Origin: Escherichia phage vB_Ec-M-J
Sequence record: OQ718158.1
Reading direction: 5' to 3' (one strand)
DNA: 64,000 bases
Shown here: positions 15,375 through 23,117 of the stretch, in pieces
Layout of the letters: each line of letters begins with the position of its first letter
Numbering within the stretch: the first letter of the stretch is position 1
Program-made: the position numbers and the translations under genes
The notes under the pieces: model-generated
What the model was told of the DNA's origin: nothing
Databases searched by the model: none
What the model saw: the letters and a program-made list of their open reading frames with translations, nothing else

Positions 15375-15770
15375 ATGATTACTAAATTCTACGCTACCCG
15401 TGAAGCTGCCCGTATTGTTGCACGCGAGGAAGGAGCAGCATTTAAAGACATGGGCAAAGATGCACCGAAAGGTCAACGCTGGGCCGTACAGTTCAAAGAA
15501 ATCTCTGATATTGTGAATTCACCTGAGCCAGTACTGACAGCAGCAGAACTAAAACGAGCGGATATGCTGGCGGCAATACTTGACGCACAAGATGAGTTTA
15601 TCGCTGATTCTGATATCAAAGTACAGGTAAACCACACCGCATGGACTCACGCGGATCACCTGGCAAACCTTAAGCGTCCAAGTGAACTGATTCGCAACCA
15701 GAAAGAGATCCGACACGACCGTAAGGGTAATCGTGTAACAGTATACAGTAAACGCCGCCAGGTTATCTAA
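15375..15770 (+). CDS. hypothetical early protein; paralog of 2861..3127
   Basis: start moved to ATG aligning with paralog (MITKFYATRE); track start 15366 is also possible. Confidence 0.6.
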   Translation: MITKFYATREAARIVAREEGAAFKDMGKDAPKGQRWAVQFKEISDIVNSPEPVLTAAELKRADMLAAILDAQDEFIADSDIKVQVNHTAWTHADHLANLKRPSELIRNQKEIRHDRKGNRVTVYSKRRQVI

Positions 15771-15800
15771 TAACTTGCAGTACTAACAACACGGCGGGAT

Positions 15801-15826
15801 CAGTTCCCGCCTTTTTTATAGGACAA
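15801..15826 (+). terminator. rho-independent terminator
   Basis: GGCGGGAtcagtTCCCGCC then TTTTTTAT. Confidence 0.7.
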
Positions 15827-15831
15827 ACAAC

Positions 15832-16086
15832 ATGATTAAGGTTCAACTATCAAACGATAATGTATTACGGGTACACTATAAAGCACCTCAGAGAATCATC
15901 ACAAAGGCCGTACAGCTTGCTAATGAGTTTATTAATGGTAACCTATTACCTAGGAAGTTAAGCAACGGGAAACTGCGTGTAATCGACGTGGACACTAACA
16001 ACAGGATAGTAATCGAGAACACAGGAAAGATAAACCTTTATGAGCATCAACAATACAATAAGAAAATAAAACTAATATCACGTTGA
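15832..16086 (+). CDS. hypothetical protein (84 aa)
   Basis: track ORF; RBS AGGA. Confidence 0.55.
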   Translation: MIKVQLSNDNVLRVHYKAPQRIITKAVQLANEFINGNLLPRKLSNGKLRVIDVDTNNRIVIENTGKINLYEHQQYNKKIKLISR

Positions 16087-16112
16087 CAGTACTCAATTGT
16101 TTTAGTACTATG
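16084..16112 (+). promoter_or_regulatory. promoter (leader duplicated at 16359)
   Basis: TTGACA-17-TACTAT; GTACTCAA.TGTTTTAGTACTAT conserved in both copies. Confidence 0.45.
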
Positions 16113-16139
16113 TACACATACCAACACGGGAGAAACAAA

Positions 16140-16358
16140 ATGAAATTATCTAAAATCGAAAAGAAAACTATTGATGAAGCAGTTAAGCACGGTTATACCT
16201 TTCGTAATGATTCACATTTTACCAATTTTCAACAAGGGTATCGTACTATTAAAAAACTAATTGACAAAGGTTTATTAGTTGAAGTCAATAACGGTAACGG
16301 TATCGAGTATCAACCAACACAGGACGCATTTTATTTTAAGAAATATAATATTATCTAA
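16140..16358 (+). CDS. hypothetical protein (72 aa)
   Basis: start moved to ATG after RBS GGGAGAAA; track start 16083 is the TTG of the -35. Confidence 0.6.
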   Translation: MKLSKIEKKTIDEAVKHGYTFRNDSHFTNFQQGYRTIKKLIDKGLLVEVNNGNGIEYQPTQDAFYFKKYNII

Positions 16359-16387
16359 TTGACAGTACTCAAATGTTTTAGTACTAT
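16359..16387 (+). promoter_or_regulatory. promoter, duplicate of 16084
   Basis: TTGACA-17-TACTAT. Confidence 0.45.
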
Positions 16388-16415
16388 ATGTACATACCAA
16401 CACGGGGGAAACAAA

Positions 16416-16658
16416 ATGATTACTTTAGAAAAACGTATCAAAGAAACTACATCGCTGGTGGAACTGTTAACAGTACTCAAATGTAAAACAACACCATTCA
16501 GCACGCCGGACTTTATTAATATGGTTGATGTTAATGGTCGCTATCGTATCACGGTCGAACAAGGAGCGGCGAAAGTATTCAGTACTAAAAACACTAAGGA
16601 AGTGATCCACGCCGTTAATGTTAAAAAAGTAGTTGCCATTGATAGTAAAGTACTGTAA
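16416..16658 (+). CDS. hypothetical protein (80 aa)
   Basis: start moved to ATG after RBS GGGGGAAA. Confidence 0.6.
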   Translation: MITLEKRIKETTSLVELLTVLKCKTTPFSTPDFINMVDVNGRYRITVEQGAAKVFSTKNTKEVIHAVNVKKVVAIDSKVL

Positions 16659-16689
16659 TATAGTTTCATTAACTCAAGGAGAACATGCA

Positions 16690-17274
16690 ATGCGTAATTA
16701 TACTAAATTCATCCGTACACTGTCAGAAATGGAAACCAACAAAGAGATCCTTTCAGCTTGTCGGTTAGCTGGACTGGAGATCATCGGTGCTGGTTCTTCC
16801 CGTATAGTATTCGCTTTAAATGATCGGTTAGTGATTAAGGTCGCGAATTGTGATGCGGGTGTAGAACAAAATGAAACTGAATGTAAGGTATGGAATTTTT
16901 TAGACTATGACCGCCCTCAGTTGAAACAGTACTTTGCAAAGGTGCATATGCATTTATGCGATCCTGATAATATGTTTATCGTTATGGATCGGTTGAGTAC
17001 TGCAAGTAAAGGCAGTGTGAAGCACGTTAACGCGTGCAATGAATTAAAGTACAATATTAAACGTAATGCAATTGAACGCCAGCACCGCTTTGCTGATGCA
17101 CTACAACACGTCGATGATACATTATCAACACTAACGATAAGAGATATCAGAAAACAGAATATCGGCCAGGATCGTAATGGCCTTATTAAAGTACTTGATT
17201 ACGGTTTAACCTGCAATATCTGGAATCAGTACTATAAAAAGCGTGATGTGGCAGCAAGTAAGGTAACACGATAA
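16690..17274 (+). CDS. putative protein kinase-like protein (Hanks-type motifs)
   Basis: IIGAGSSRIV (G-x-G loop), VIKVA (Lys), IRDIRKQN (catalytic loop), VLDYGL (DFG-like) in canonical order and spacing; RBS AAGGAG. Confidence 0.5.
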   Translation: MRNYTKFIRTLSEMETNKEILSACRLAGLEIIGAGSSRIVFALNDRLVIKVANCDAGVEQNETECKVWNFLDYDRPQLKQYFAKVHMHLCDPDNMFIVMDRLSTASKGSVKHVNACNELKYNIKRNAIERQHRFADALQHVDDTLSTLTIRDIRKQNIGQDRNGLIKVLDYGLTCNIWNQYYKKRDVAASKVTR

Positions 17275-17280
17275 AAAAGA

Positions 17281-17370
17281 TTAAAAAAGGGATTGACTCC
17301 GGTCAGTCCCTTTGCTATTATATATTCATTGAGAGATAACTCACTGACCCATAGGGTGCGGAAGTGTATC
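17281..17370 (+). promoter_or_regulatory. composite element: hairpin/promoter + conserved box
   Basis: AAAAAAGGGATTGACtccgGTCAGTCCC; TTGACT-17-TATTAT; TGACCCATAGGGTGCGGAAGTGTATCTAT. Confidence 0.55.
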
Positions 17371-17416
17371 TATTATATAAGTATTCAGTACTGAAAACTA
17401 TTTTAAAAAAAAGTAC

Positions 17417-17476
17417 TTGCATTGTACTTAGAATCAAGTATAATGTTTTATATCGAGAGGGGGAAATGGTTCTCCC
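17417..17476 (+). promoter_or_regulatory. early promoter + 5' stem-loop
   Basis: TTGCAT-16-TATAAT; hairpin GGGGGAAatggTTCTCCC. Confidence 0.6.
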
Positions 17477-17498
17477 TGGTATATTAAGGAATAAAATC

Positions 17499-17720
17499 AT
17501 GACTACAATGACTTGCATTTACGCTTCCAATCTTCTGAATGATGCGGCCTTTAATGTTGATTCAGAATATCAATGTTATCGGGATGAAAATAAAAAAGTT
17601 TTTGTAGTTGATAATAATGGTTTCCATATTGAATTACAATCCGGCTTCACTGGCGTTGATGGTAAATCAGTATGGGGCGTACAGGATGATAAAGGTACAT
17701 ATCATTTTAAACGTAATTAA
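17499..17720 (+). CDS. hypothetical early protein (73 aa)
   Basis: start moved to ATG after RBS AAGGAATAA. Confidence 0.6.
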   Translation: MTTMTCIYASNLLNDAAFNVDSEYQCYRDENKKVFVVDNNGFHIELQSGFTGVDGKSVWGVQDDKGTYHFKRN

Positions 17721-17723
17721 GTA

Positions 17724-17782
17724 TTGACAAAGTATCTTAGTACTGTATAATAGTTTACATCAAGGGGAGAATAGTTCTCCCC
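17724..17782 (+). promoter_or_regulatory. early promoter + 5' stem-loop
   Basis: TTGACA-16-TATAAT; hairpin GGGGAGAAtagTTCTCCCC. Confidence 0.65.
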
Positions 17783-17803
17783 GATACTAAAAGGAATAAA
17801 ATC

Positions 17804-18211
17804 ATGACTACTACTAATCAAGCTCGGTCCATCGCCAACGATAAAAATCATGCTGAAATGGTCGCTGGTTACATTGAAGCTATGCAATTCAGTACTGTAC
17901 ACAATGAGAACGGCGAATACCTGGAAGATTATGAATTATCAGAGCAAGCCCATCAAGCGGCAGTGATTGCATGTTCACGTTTCCTTGCTGTACATGGTGA
18001 AGATATGGAAACAGTACAAAAACACCATAATCCTGATTATACTTATAGTCATGCGGGTCATGATCTCTTTCTTACTCGCGAAGGTCACGGCACTGGTTTT
18101 TGGGATCGTGATATCGGTCACTATGATGATATATTCACTAAGTACTGCGAAGAAATCAACGTTTGCGATCCCTATGTAGGCGATGATAATCTAATCTATA
18201 TGGGCGAATAA
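17804..18211 (+). CDS. hypothetical early protein, His-rich (135 aa)
   Basis: track ORF; RBS AAGGAATAA. Confidence 0.65.
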   Translation: MTTTNQARSIANDKNHAEMVAGYIEAMQFSTVHNENGEYLEDYELSEQAHQAAVIACSRFLAVHGEDMETVQKHHNPDYTYSHAGHDLFLTREGHGTGFWDRDIGHYDDIFTKYCEEINVCDPYVGDDNLIYMGE

Positions 18212-18217
18212 AAGTAT

Positions 18218-18276
18218 TTGACAAAGTATATCAGTACTGTATAATAGTTTACATCAAGGGGAGAATAGTTCTCCCC
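18218..18276 (+). promoter_or_regulatory. early promoter + 5' stem-loop
   Basis: TTGACA-16-TATAAT; hairpin GGGGAGAAtagTTCTCCCC. Confidence 0.65.
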
Positions 18277-18298
18277 ACCAATAAAAGGAAACAAAATT

Positions 18299-18571
18299 AT
18301 GTCCAGCTACTCCGCTACTATGATCATTAAAGATATGAACGGTAATCCTACTTCTGCTGGTGGATCATTTGGAAACATTAATTTAGATGGTCGGTTATCC
18401 ATGCAATCAGCCATCGATGCAGCGAAAGAAGTTTTTAAGAATGAATGTACTGTAAGTAAGCTGGATTATATGGGATTCGCTATCGAAAAAACTAATCGTT
18501 TTGTGAACTACAAAAATCCACTGATGATCGATACTAACCTGAAAGCAAACGAAGTGGGGTACTTATTATGA
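18299..18571 (+). CDS. hypothetical early protein (90 aa)
   Basis: track ORF; RBS AAGGAAAC. Confidence 0.65.
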   Translation: MSSYSATMIIKDMNGNPTSAGGSFGNINLDGRLSMQSAIDAAKEVFKNECTVSKLDYMGFAIEKTNRFVNYKNPLMIDTNLKANEVGYLL

Positions 18572-18759
18572 CAGTAGAAGAAGTTAAAAAAGTACTGGCA
18601 GTACTACGCTATCATAATCATTGCAAGGTGAAGAATGATCCTGATTATCTCGATTCATCCCTGGAAGAGGATACACTACAAGCAATAAGCCATATGCAAA
18701 AAATGCTTAAGCGTATGACCGAAAAGAATAGGCCGGACTATATCGGAAATAAAATTTAA
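18568..18759 (+). CDS. hypothetical protein (63 aa)
   Basis: track ORF; ATGA overlap with upstream gene. Confidence 0.55.
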   Translation: MTVEEVKKVLAVLRYHNHCKVKNDPDYLDSSLEEDTLQAISHMQKMLKRMTEKNRPDYIGNKI

Positions 18760-18766
18760 AAAGTAC

Positions 18767-18826
18767 TTGCATTGTAGTTAGATTAACGTATAATGTTTTA
18801 TATCGAGAGGGGGAAATGGTTTCCCC
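18767..18826 (+). promoter_or_regulatory. early promoter + 5' stem-loop
   Basis: TTGCAT-16-TATAAT; hairpin GAGGGGGAAatggTTTCCCCTC. Confidence 0.6.
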
Positions 18827-18846
18827 TCAAGTCCAGGAGATACACC

Positions 18847-19110
18847 ATGAACACTATCGAAATCACTATCAATGCACACGTATACGACAACGTAGTACTG
18901 CAAACTACTATGACCGCTAATGATACCAGTACTTTGCGGAATACTGTTATTAGTGCCGTATGTGCTGCAATCGGTGATGTCGCCCTGGAAAATGCAGAAC
19001 ACATCAACAACGGTTTCACTATGTGCAAACGTGATAACGCAAAACATATCATCGTAGAAGGTTACGGCGGTGTAGAATTTAATGTTTATATGAAAAAAGT
19101 ACTTGCATAA
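18847..19110 (+). CDS. hypothetical early protein (87 aa)
   Basis: start moved to ATG after RBS CAGGAGA. Confidence 0.6.
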   Translation: MNTIEITINAHVYDNVVLQTTMTANDTSTLRNTVISAVCAAIGDVALENAEHINNGFTMCKRDNAKHIIVEGYGGVEFNVYMKKVLA

Positions 19111-19159
19111 TAACTAAAACAAAGTATAATGTTTTGCATAGGGGGAGATATCCTCCCCC
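19104..19159 (+). promoter_or_regulatory. early promoter + 5' stem-loop
   Basis: TTGCAT-15-TATAAT; hairpin GGGGGAGAtatcCTCCCCC. Confidence 0.6.
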
Positions 19160-19177
19160 ACTAAAAGGAGTAATAAA

Positions 19178-19402
19178 ATGGCTAACTTTGATGAACTGAT
19201 GCGGGAAGTAGCTAACCTGGCAGAAGAGAAGAAATCATTCGATTCTATCTATAACACCGCTCACCGTGATTCAGTACTGGCATGTAACCAGGATCAAAAA
19301 GATGAACTAATCGCCACCTATCATGAAGCATGGAAGTACTACCGACAATGGGAGAAAGAAGAAAGTGAGTCTACCATCGAAGGTATCAATAATCTAATCT
19401 AA
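19178..19402 (+). CDS. hypothetical early protein (74 aa)
   Basis: track ORF; RBS AAGGAG. Confidence 0.65.
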   Translation: MANFDELMREVANLAEEKKSFDSIYNTAHRDSVLACNQDQKDELIATYHEAWKYYRQWEKEESESTIEGINNLI

Positions 19403-19422
19403 AAGTTTTATTTCAGTACTAT

Positions 19423-19450
19423 TGACATAGCTTGATAGTACTGATGTAAT
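19423..19450 (+). promoter_or_regulatory. class-B early promoter
   Basis: TTGACA-16-TGTAAT. Confidence 0.5.
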
Positions 19451-19478
19451 AACTTTACTAACTACAAGGGGAAACATA

Positions 19479-19736
19479 ATGGATCAATTCACACAATATC
19501 GGGTAAATCCTCAATCTATGGCCTACGTAGAAGACCATAAAACGTTACCAGTACTGCAACCAGTTAAAGGCCGTATCTATCGTGGCCTTGCCTGGGATAC
19601 GGCCCAGGATGGATATAAAACCGTCGCCGTGGGGATGTATTGCGGGAATGGTGAATGGTTTGATCCTAACAATCCGATTGCACTTGACAGTACTGAAAAA
19701 ATGAAATGGGCCGACTACATCGAAGATATTTCATAA
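19479..19736 (+). CDS. hypothetical early protein (85 aa)
   Basis: track ORF; RBS AAGGGGAAA. Confidence 0.6.
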   Translation: MDQFTQYRVNPQSMAYVEDHKTLPVLQPVKGRIYRGLAWDTAQDGYKTVAVGMYCGNGEWFDPNNPIALDSTEKMKWADYIEDIS

Positions 19737-19743
19737 AAACTAT

Positions 19744-19806
19744 TTGACAGTACTAACCAGTAATGTATAATGTTTTACATAGAGCGGGGGAATAGTTCTC
19801 CCGCCA
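19744..19806 (+). promoter_or_regulatory. early promoter + 5' stem-loop
   Basis: TTGACA-16-TATAAT-GTTTTACAT; hairpin GAGCGGGGGAAtagTTCTCCCGCC. Confidence 0.6.
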
Positions 19807-19826
19807 ATAGTTTGGAGTTAAACATT

Positions 19827-20027
19827 ATGTCTATCGCTATCGCCCTGGTTGAAGTACTGAAAGAAGCTAAAGCCAACCTTATCGATGTACAGATTAAGGA
19901 ATTGCAAAACGGCTTAATCGGCTGTACTTGTACCGCTGGTGGAGCGGCAGACTATCGAGAACACGAATCACTCGAATCACTGGTTCGGTATCTTACCATG
20001 ATCGTTGATGATTGGAGAATCATCTAA
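19827..20027 (+). CDS. hypothetical early protein (66 aa)
   Basis: start moved to ATG after RBS GGAG. Confidence 0.6.
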   Translation: MSIAIALVEVLKEAKANLIDVQIKELQNGLIGCTCTAGGAADYREHESLESLVRYLTMIVDDWRII

Positions 20028-20036
20028 CAAAAAAGA

Positions 20037-20126
20037 ATAAAAAAGGGATTGACTCCGGTCAGTCCCTTTGCTATTATATACGCATAGACAAAAACTAGCC
20101 CACAGGGTGCATAAGTGTATCCAAAA
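20037..20126 (+). promoter_or_regulatory. composite element: hairpin/promoter + conserved box
   Basis: AAAAAAGGGATTGACtccgGTCAGTCCC; TTGACT-17-TATTAT; TAGCCCACAGGGTGCATAAGTGTATCC. Confidence 0.55.
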
Positions 20127-20189
20127 TATATAGTTAATAACGGTGAGTAACTATCTGCTGGTGGAGTGAAAACTATTAATAAAAAAGTA

Positions 20190-20218
20190 TTGACAAAGTA
20201 TATCAGTACTGCAATAAT
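20190..20218 (+). promoter_or_regulatory. sigma70-like promoter
   Basis: TTGACA-16-CAATAAT. Confidence 0.45.
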
Positions 20219-20271
20219 GTATCTCGTAGGGCGGCAATGGTGCGACGGCCCACAAAGTTAGGAGCTTCAAA

Positions 20272-20604
20272 ATGACTACTTCAATCGCTATCGTTAAAGC
20301 TTTCATCCGTACTAATGTTTCCTCTGTATTCATCGACGGCCTCGACCGTAACGTAGAATACTCAATCATTATCGCACAAACGGCAAACGGTTCTCGGTAC
20401 ATCCTGAATGATAGTGAAGCAAATCACTACTACTTCACTAAAGCCACTGGCTTTAAACGCATCGATGCTGATGTAGTATACGCTAAGATGAATAAGCTGG
20501 TAGATAAGATTAACGCTAAAGGTACTATAGATTTACAGTACTGGACCGAAACCGATCCAGAATATGGATCTCACCGCTACCTGAATCCAGGTATTAAAAT
20601 GTAA
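20272..20604 (+). CDS. hypothetical protein (110 aa)
   Basis: track ORF; RBS TTAGGAG. Confidence 0.65.
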   Translation: MTTSIAIVKAFIRTNVSSVFIDGLDRNVEYSIIIAQTANGSRYILNDSEANHYYFTKATGFKRIDADVVYAKMNKLVDKINAKGTIDLQYWTETDPEYGSHRYLNPGIKM

Positions 20605-20611
20605 AAAGTAC

Positions 20612-20672
20612 TTGCATAGTACTTAGATTCATGTATAATGTTTTACATAGAGAGGGGGAAATGGTTCTCCCT
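20612..20672 (+). promoter_or_regulatory. early promoter + 5' stem-loop
   Basis: TTGCAT-16-TATAAT-GTTTTACAT; hairpin GAGGGGGAAatggTTCTCCCTC. Confidence 0.6.
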
Positions 20673-20693
20673 CCTAAATTAAGGAGTTTTATC

Positions 20694-21095
20694 ATGACCT
20701 TCTCAATCACTTCCTTCGCTGACGTTTTAGTACTGGCTCGGACTTTTGGTAAAGATGCACTGGAGTACGCTGTAAGTAATGGCACTATCCAACCGGAACA
20801 GTGCCGCATCATTGGAAACTGCAAACGTTGGGCGGTATCCAATACTATTGCACTGGAAAACTTCAACGATGGCAACAATGAATATTCTGTTGATGCAGTA
20901 TTCGAAGCCGTAGACCTGGGCGGTATCTATAACACTAACCTGAATGATGTGCGTATCGTTCGCACGGGGTTCGGTGCTTATGATGTATCTATCCGTGAAG
21001 CTATGGACAATGGATACATTAGCAAGGACTTACTTGCTCACATCATGCAGCTATGGACGGAACGTAACGAAGCACGCACTATCTTAGGGCTGTAA
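20694..21095 (+). CDS. hypothetical protein (133 aa)
   Basis: start moved to ATG after RBS AAGGAG. Confidence 0.65.
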   Translation: MTFSITSFADVLVLARTFGKDALEYAVSNGTIQPEQCRIIGNCKRWAVSNTIALENFNDGNNEYSVDAVFEAVDLGGIYNTNLNDVRIVRTGFGAYDVSIREAMDNGYISKDLLAHIMQLWTERNEARTILGL

Positions 21096-21120
21096 GCGTT
21101 ACACATCACTAAACATCATA

Positions 21121-21140
21121 GGCCGCTCTCTAGCGGCCTT
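21121..21140 (+). terminator. GC hairpin (weak terminator candidate)
   Basis: GGCCGCTctctAGCGGCC, no clean T-run. Confidence 0.3.
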
Positions 21141-21163
21141 AACTATATCAGGAGGGCATACAT

Positions 21164-21373
21164 ATGTTCTATACAGTATATAGCGTTATAGGCACTATTG
21201 CAGGCGTACATGATAACGTCGATAGTGCTATGCGTACAGTACTGCAACAGGTTCCACTTAAGCCTAAGACCATTAAGCAGATGACAGCACGACTAACCAG
21301 GGCGACGGCTGGCGTGGAAGTATGGCAGGACTATGGGGATACACAGATAATCGTAAGCGTAACGAAGGATTAA
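21164..21373 (+). CDS. hypothetical protein (69 aa); last gene before composition shift
   Basis: track ORF; strong RBS AGGAGG. Confidence 0.6.
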   Translation: MFYTVYSVIGTIAGVHDNVDSAMRTVLQQVPLKPKTIKQMTARLTRATAGVEVWQDYGDTQIIVSVTKD

Positions 21374-21565
21374 TGCGTAAAAGGATTTAGTACTGAATCA
21401 TAAAAAAGTCAAGGTATTTTTAAACTTCAGCGTTAAAAAAATGCATAGGTAATCCCTTGACTTTTATGAATAAAAAGGGATTGGACTATGGCAAAATGCG
21501 TAGGGGGCTAAAGGGCGGGTAACCTTTAGCGACTTCGATAAAGGGGTATTACTAATAAAATGTTA

Positions 21566-21594
21566 TTGACTTTTTATATGAATTGTATATTATA
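21566..21594 (+). promoter_or_regulatory. promoter at head of F1 array
   Basis: TTGACT-17-ATTATA. Confidence 0.5.
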
Positions 21595-21623
21595 TGATTG
21601 ATATTATTTTTAATGGAGTCCCT

Positions 21624-21821
21624 ATGCGTATTTTAACTCAAGAAGAGCACAACGACACACTCATATCCAACATGGCATATATCCTACATATGTCACATAT
21701 CCGTGGTATTGCATATAAGCGTGAATTGGTTATGAAACTTTTCATAGGAACTAACTATCAAGAAAAGTATATCGAACTATACTTACAAGAATTACGAAGG
21801 GACATAAAAGGAAGACGATGA
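21624..21821 (+). CDS. F1 paralog (small GTNYQ-motif protein)
   Basis: start moved to ATG after RBS GGAG; C-terminal FIGTNYQEKYIELYL. Confidence 0.55.
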   Translation: MRILTQEEHNDTLISNMAYILHMSHIRGIAYKRELVMKLFIGTNYQEKYIELYLQELRRDIKGRR

Positions 21822-22018
21822 AAATGCGTATTTTAAATAAAGAAGATTATCAAGAACTGTTACGTAAAAACATGGTAAAGATTTATAACACAGACACAAA
21901 CTTAGAACGAATTGAGTTATACCTTTTGATTACATTGGGAACAAGCTATCAGGGAAGATGGGTGATTCAATATATTGATGCATTGAAAAATGAAATATTG
22001 TCCACGAGGAAACAATGA
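21818..22018 (+). CDS. F1 paralog
   Basis: ATGA overlap; LGTSYQGRWVIQYI. Confidence 0.55.
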   Translation: MKMRILNKEDYQELLRKNMVKIYNTDTNLERIELYLLITLGTSYQGRWVIQYIDALKNEILSTRKQ

Positions 22019-22224
22019 AAACTATAACACGAACCCAATCATTCGGTCTTATCTTGAAATACATGGACTTAATGTTTGATATCAGCAAAGACCTTTCTAA
22101 AACTGAAATCCAAGTTGCAAGAGCAGAGATCCGCATGTTGGCTGTACTGAACACAAACCATCAGGAAGAGTATGTTGACGATTGGATTCATTTTTTAATA
22201 GAAGATATTAAGAGTAAACTATGA
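22015..22224 (+). CDS. F1 paralog
   Basis: ATGA overlap; LNTNHQEEYVDDWI. Confidence 0.55.
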   Translation: MKTITRTQSFGLILKYMDLMFDISKDLSKTEIQVARAEIRMLAVLNTNHQEEYVDDWIHFLIEDIKSKL

Positions 22225-22436
22225 TTTTTTTAACACCAGAAGAATATAAGATACGTTTTGTTTCTGTCCAGAATAAAATCTTACTGATATATGCTTCTTT
22301 AAATGTAGACCTTAACTTATCAAGGGCAATGGAGAAGGATTTACTCATGGGTGCATTTTTGGATACAGACTTTCAGGAGTATTATGTAGGGGAATACTTA
22401 ATTGCACTCAAGAATTATATTAAGAGTAAACTATGA
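22221..22436 (+). CDS. F1 paralog
   Basis: ATGA overlap; FLDTDFQEYYVGEY. Confidence 0.55.
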   Translation: MIFLTPEEYKIRFVSVQNKILLIYASLNVDLNLSRAMEKDLLMGAFLDTDFQEYYVGEYLIALKNYIKSKL

Positions 22437-22648
22437 ATATCATTGCAAACTCAAATCAATATACCGAACGCGTCGCTGCCAGACAACTTGAAATTCTCAT
22501 AGTATATGAAGAGACTGATGATTTGAACTTAGCATTAGTATTGGAAAATGATATACTATTGGGTGCATTCCTCGGCACAGACTATCAGGAGCATTTCTTG
22601 AATGAGTATATAATTGCACTCCAGAAATACATTAAGAGCAAACTATGA
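22433..22648 (+). CDS. F1 paralog
   Basis: ATGA overlap; LGTDYQEHFLNEYI. Confidence 0.55.
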   Translation: MNIIANSNQYTERVAARQLEILIVYEETDDLNLALVLENDILLGAFLGTDYQEHFLNEYIIALQKYIKSKL

Positions 22649-22863
22649 AACATTTAAGTAATTCCGAGAAGAATAAAATTATCATTGCTGCAATAAACAA
22701 ATATTTTACACTTCCTCACACAGAAGGTTTATGTGTAAGAGAACACAGGATAAACACCACCGATATACGCATGATGGCTGTACTGGGGACTAACTTTCAG
22801 GAAGAGTATGTTGTTGCACACATAGTTGCCCTCACTGATCTAATAAGGGACAAATGTAAATGA
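22645..22863 (+). CDS. F1 paralog
   Basis: ATGA overlap; LGTNFQEEYVVAHI. Confidence 0.55.
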   Translation: MKHLSNSEKNKIIIAAINKYFTLPHTEGLCVREHRINTTDIRMMAVLGTNFQEEYVVAHIVALTDLIRDKCK

Positions 22864-23117
22864 AACACTTAACACTAGATGAATATGAAACTATAGTCCG
22901 TAAACTAACCCCTATAGCAAGGATAGTCTACGATGACCCCAGCCTTACATGGAACCAAATGCGAGCTAAAGTTAATGAGCTATGGTTGCTGTACTTTATG
23001 GGAACGCAATATCAAGATAAGTTTTGCACAGAATATGTCGAACAATTAATGAATGTTATACAGGATAAACTAGATGATTATTGGCTCACAAAACATGAAG
23101 ACTTTATCAGGAGTTGA
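22860..23117 (+). CDS. F1 paralog
   Basis: ATGA overlap; MGTQYQDKFCTEYV. Confidence 0.55.
   Translation: MKHLTLDEYETIVRKLTPIARIVYDDPSLTWNQMRAKVNELWLLYFMGTQYQDKFCTEYVEQLMNVIQDKLDDYWLTKHEDFIRS

Noticed and set aside
16083-16359. Track starts at 16083 and 16359
   Set aside because: Both are the TTG of a TTGACA -35 hexamer; RBS-supported ATGs lie 57 nt downstream.
1703-20631. N-terminal extensions beginning MFYIERG / MFYIESG / MYNVLYREG on many track ORFs (1703, 7563, 10508, 17364, 18793, 19770, 20631 and others)
   Set aside because: The ATG is the one inside the promoter TATAATG and the extension reads through the 5' hairpin; true starts are the downstream RBS-preceded ATGs used in the feature list.
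21380-21560. tRNA gene in the non-coding gap at the composition boundary
   Set aside because: No cloverleaf-compatible segment or T-arm GTTCGAATCC-like motif was found by eye; only inverted repeats.
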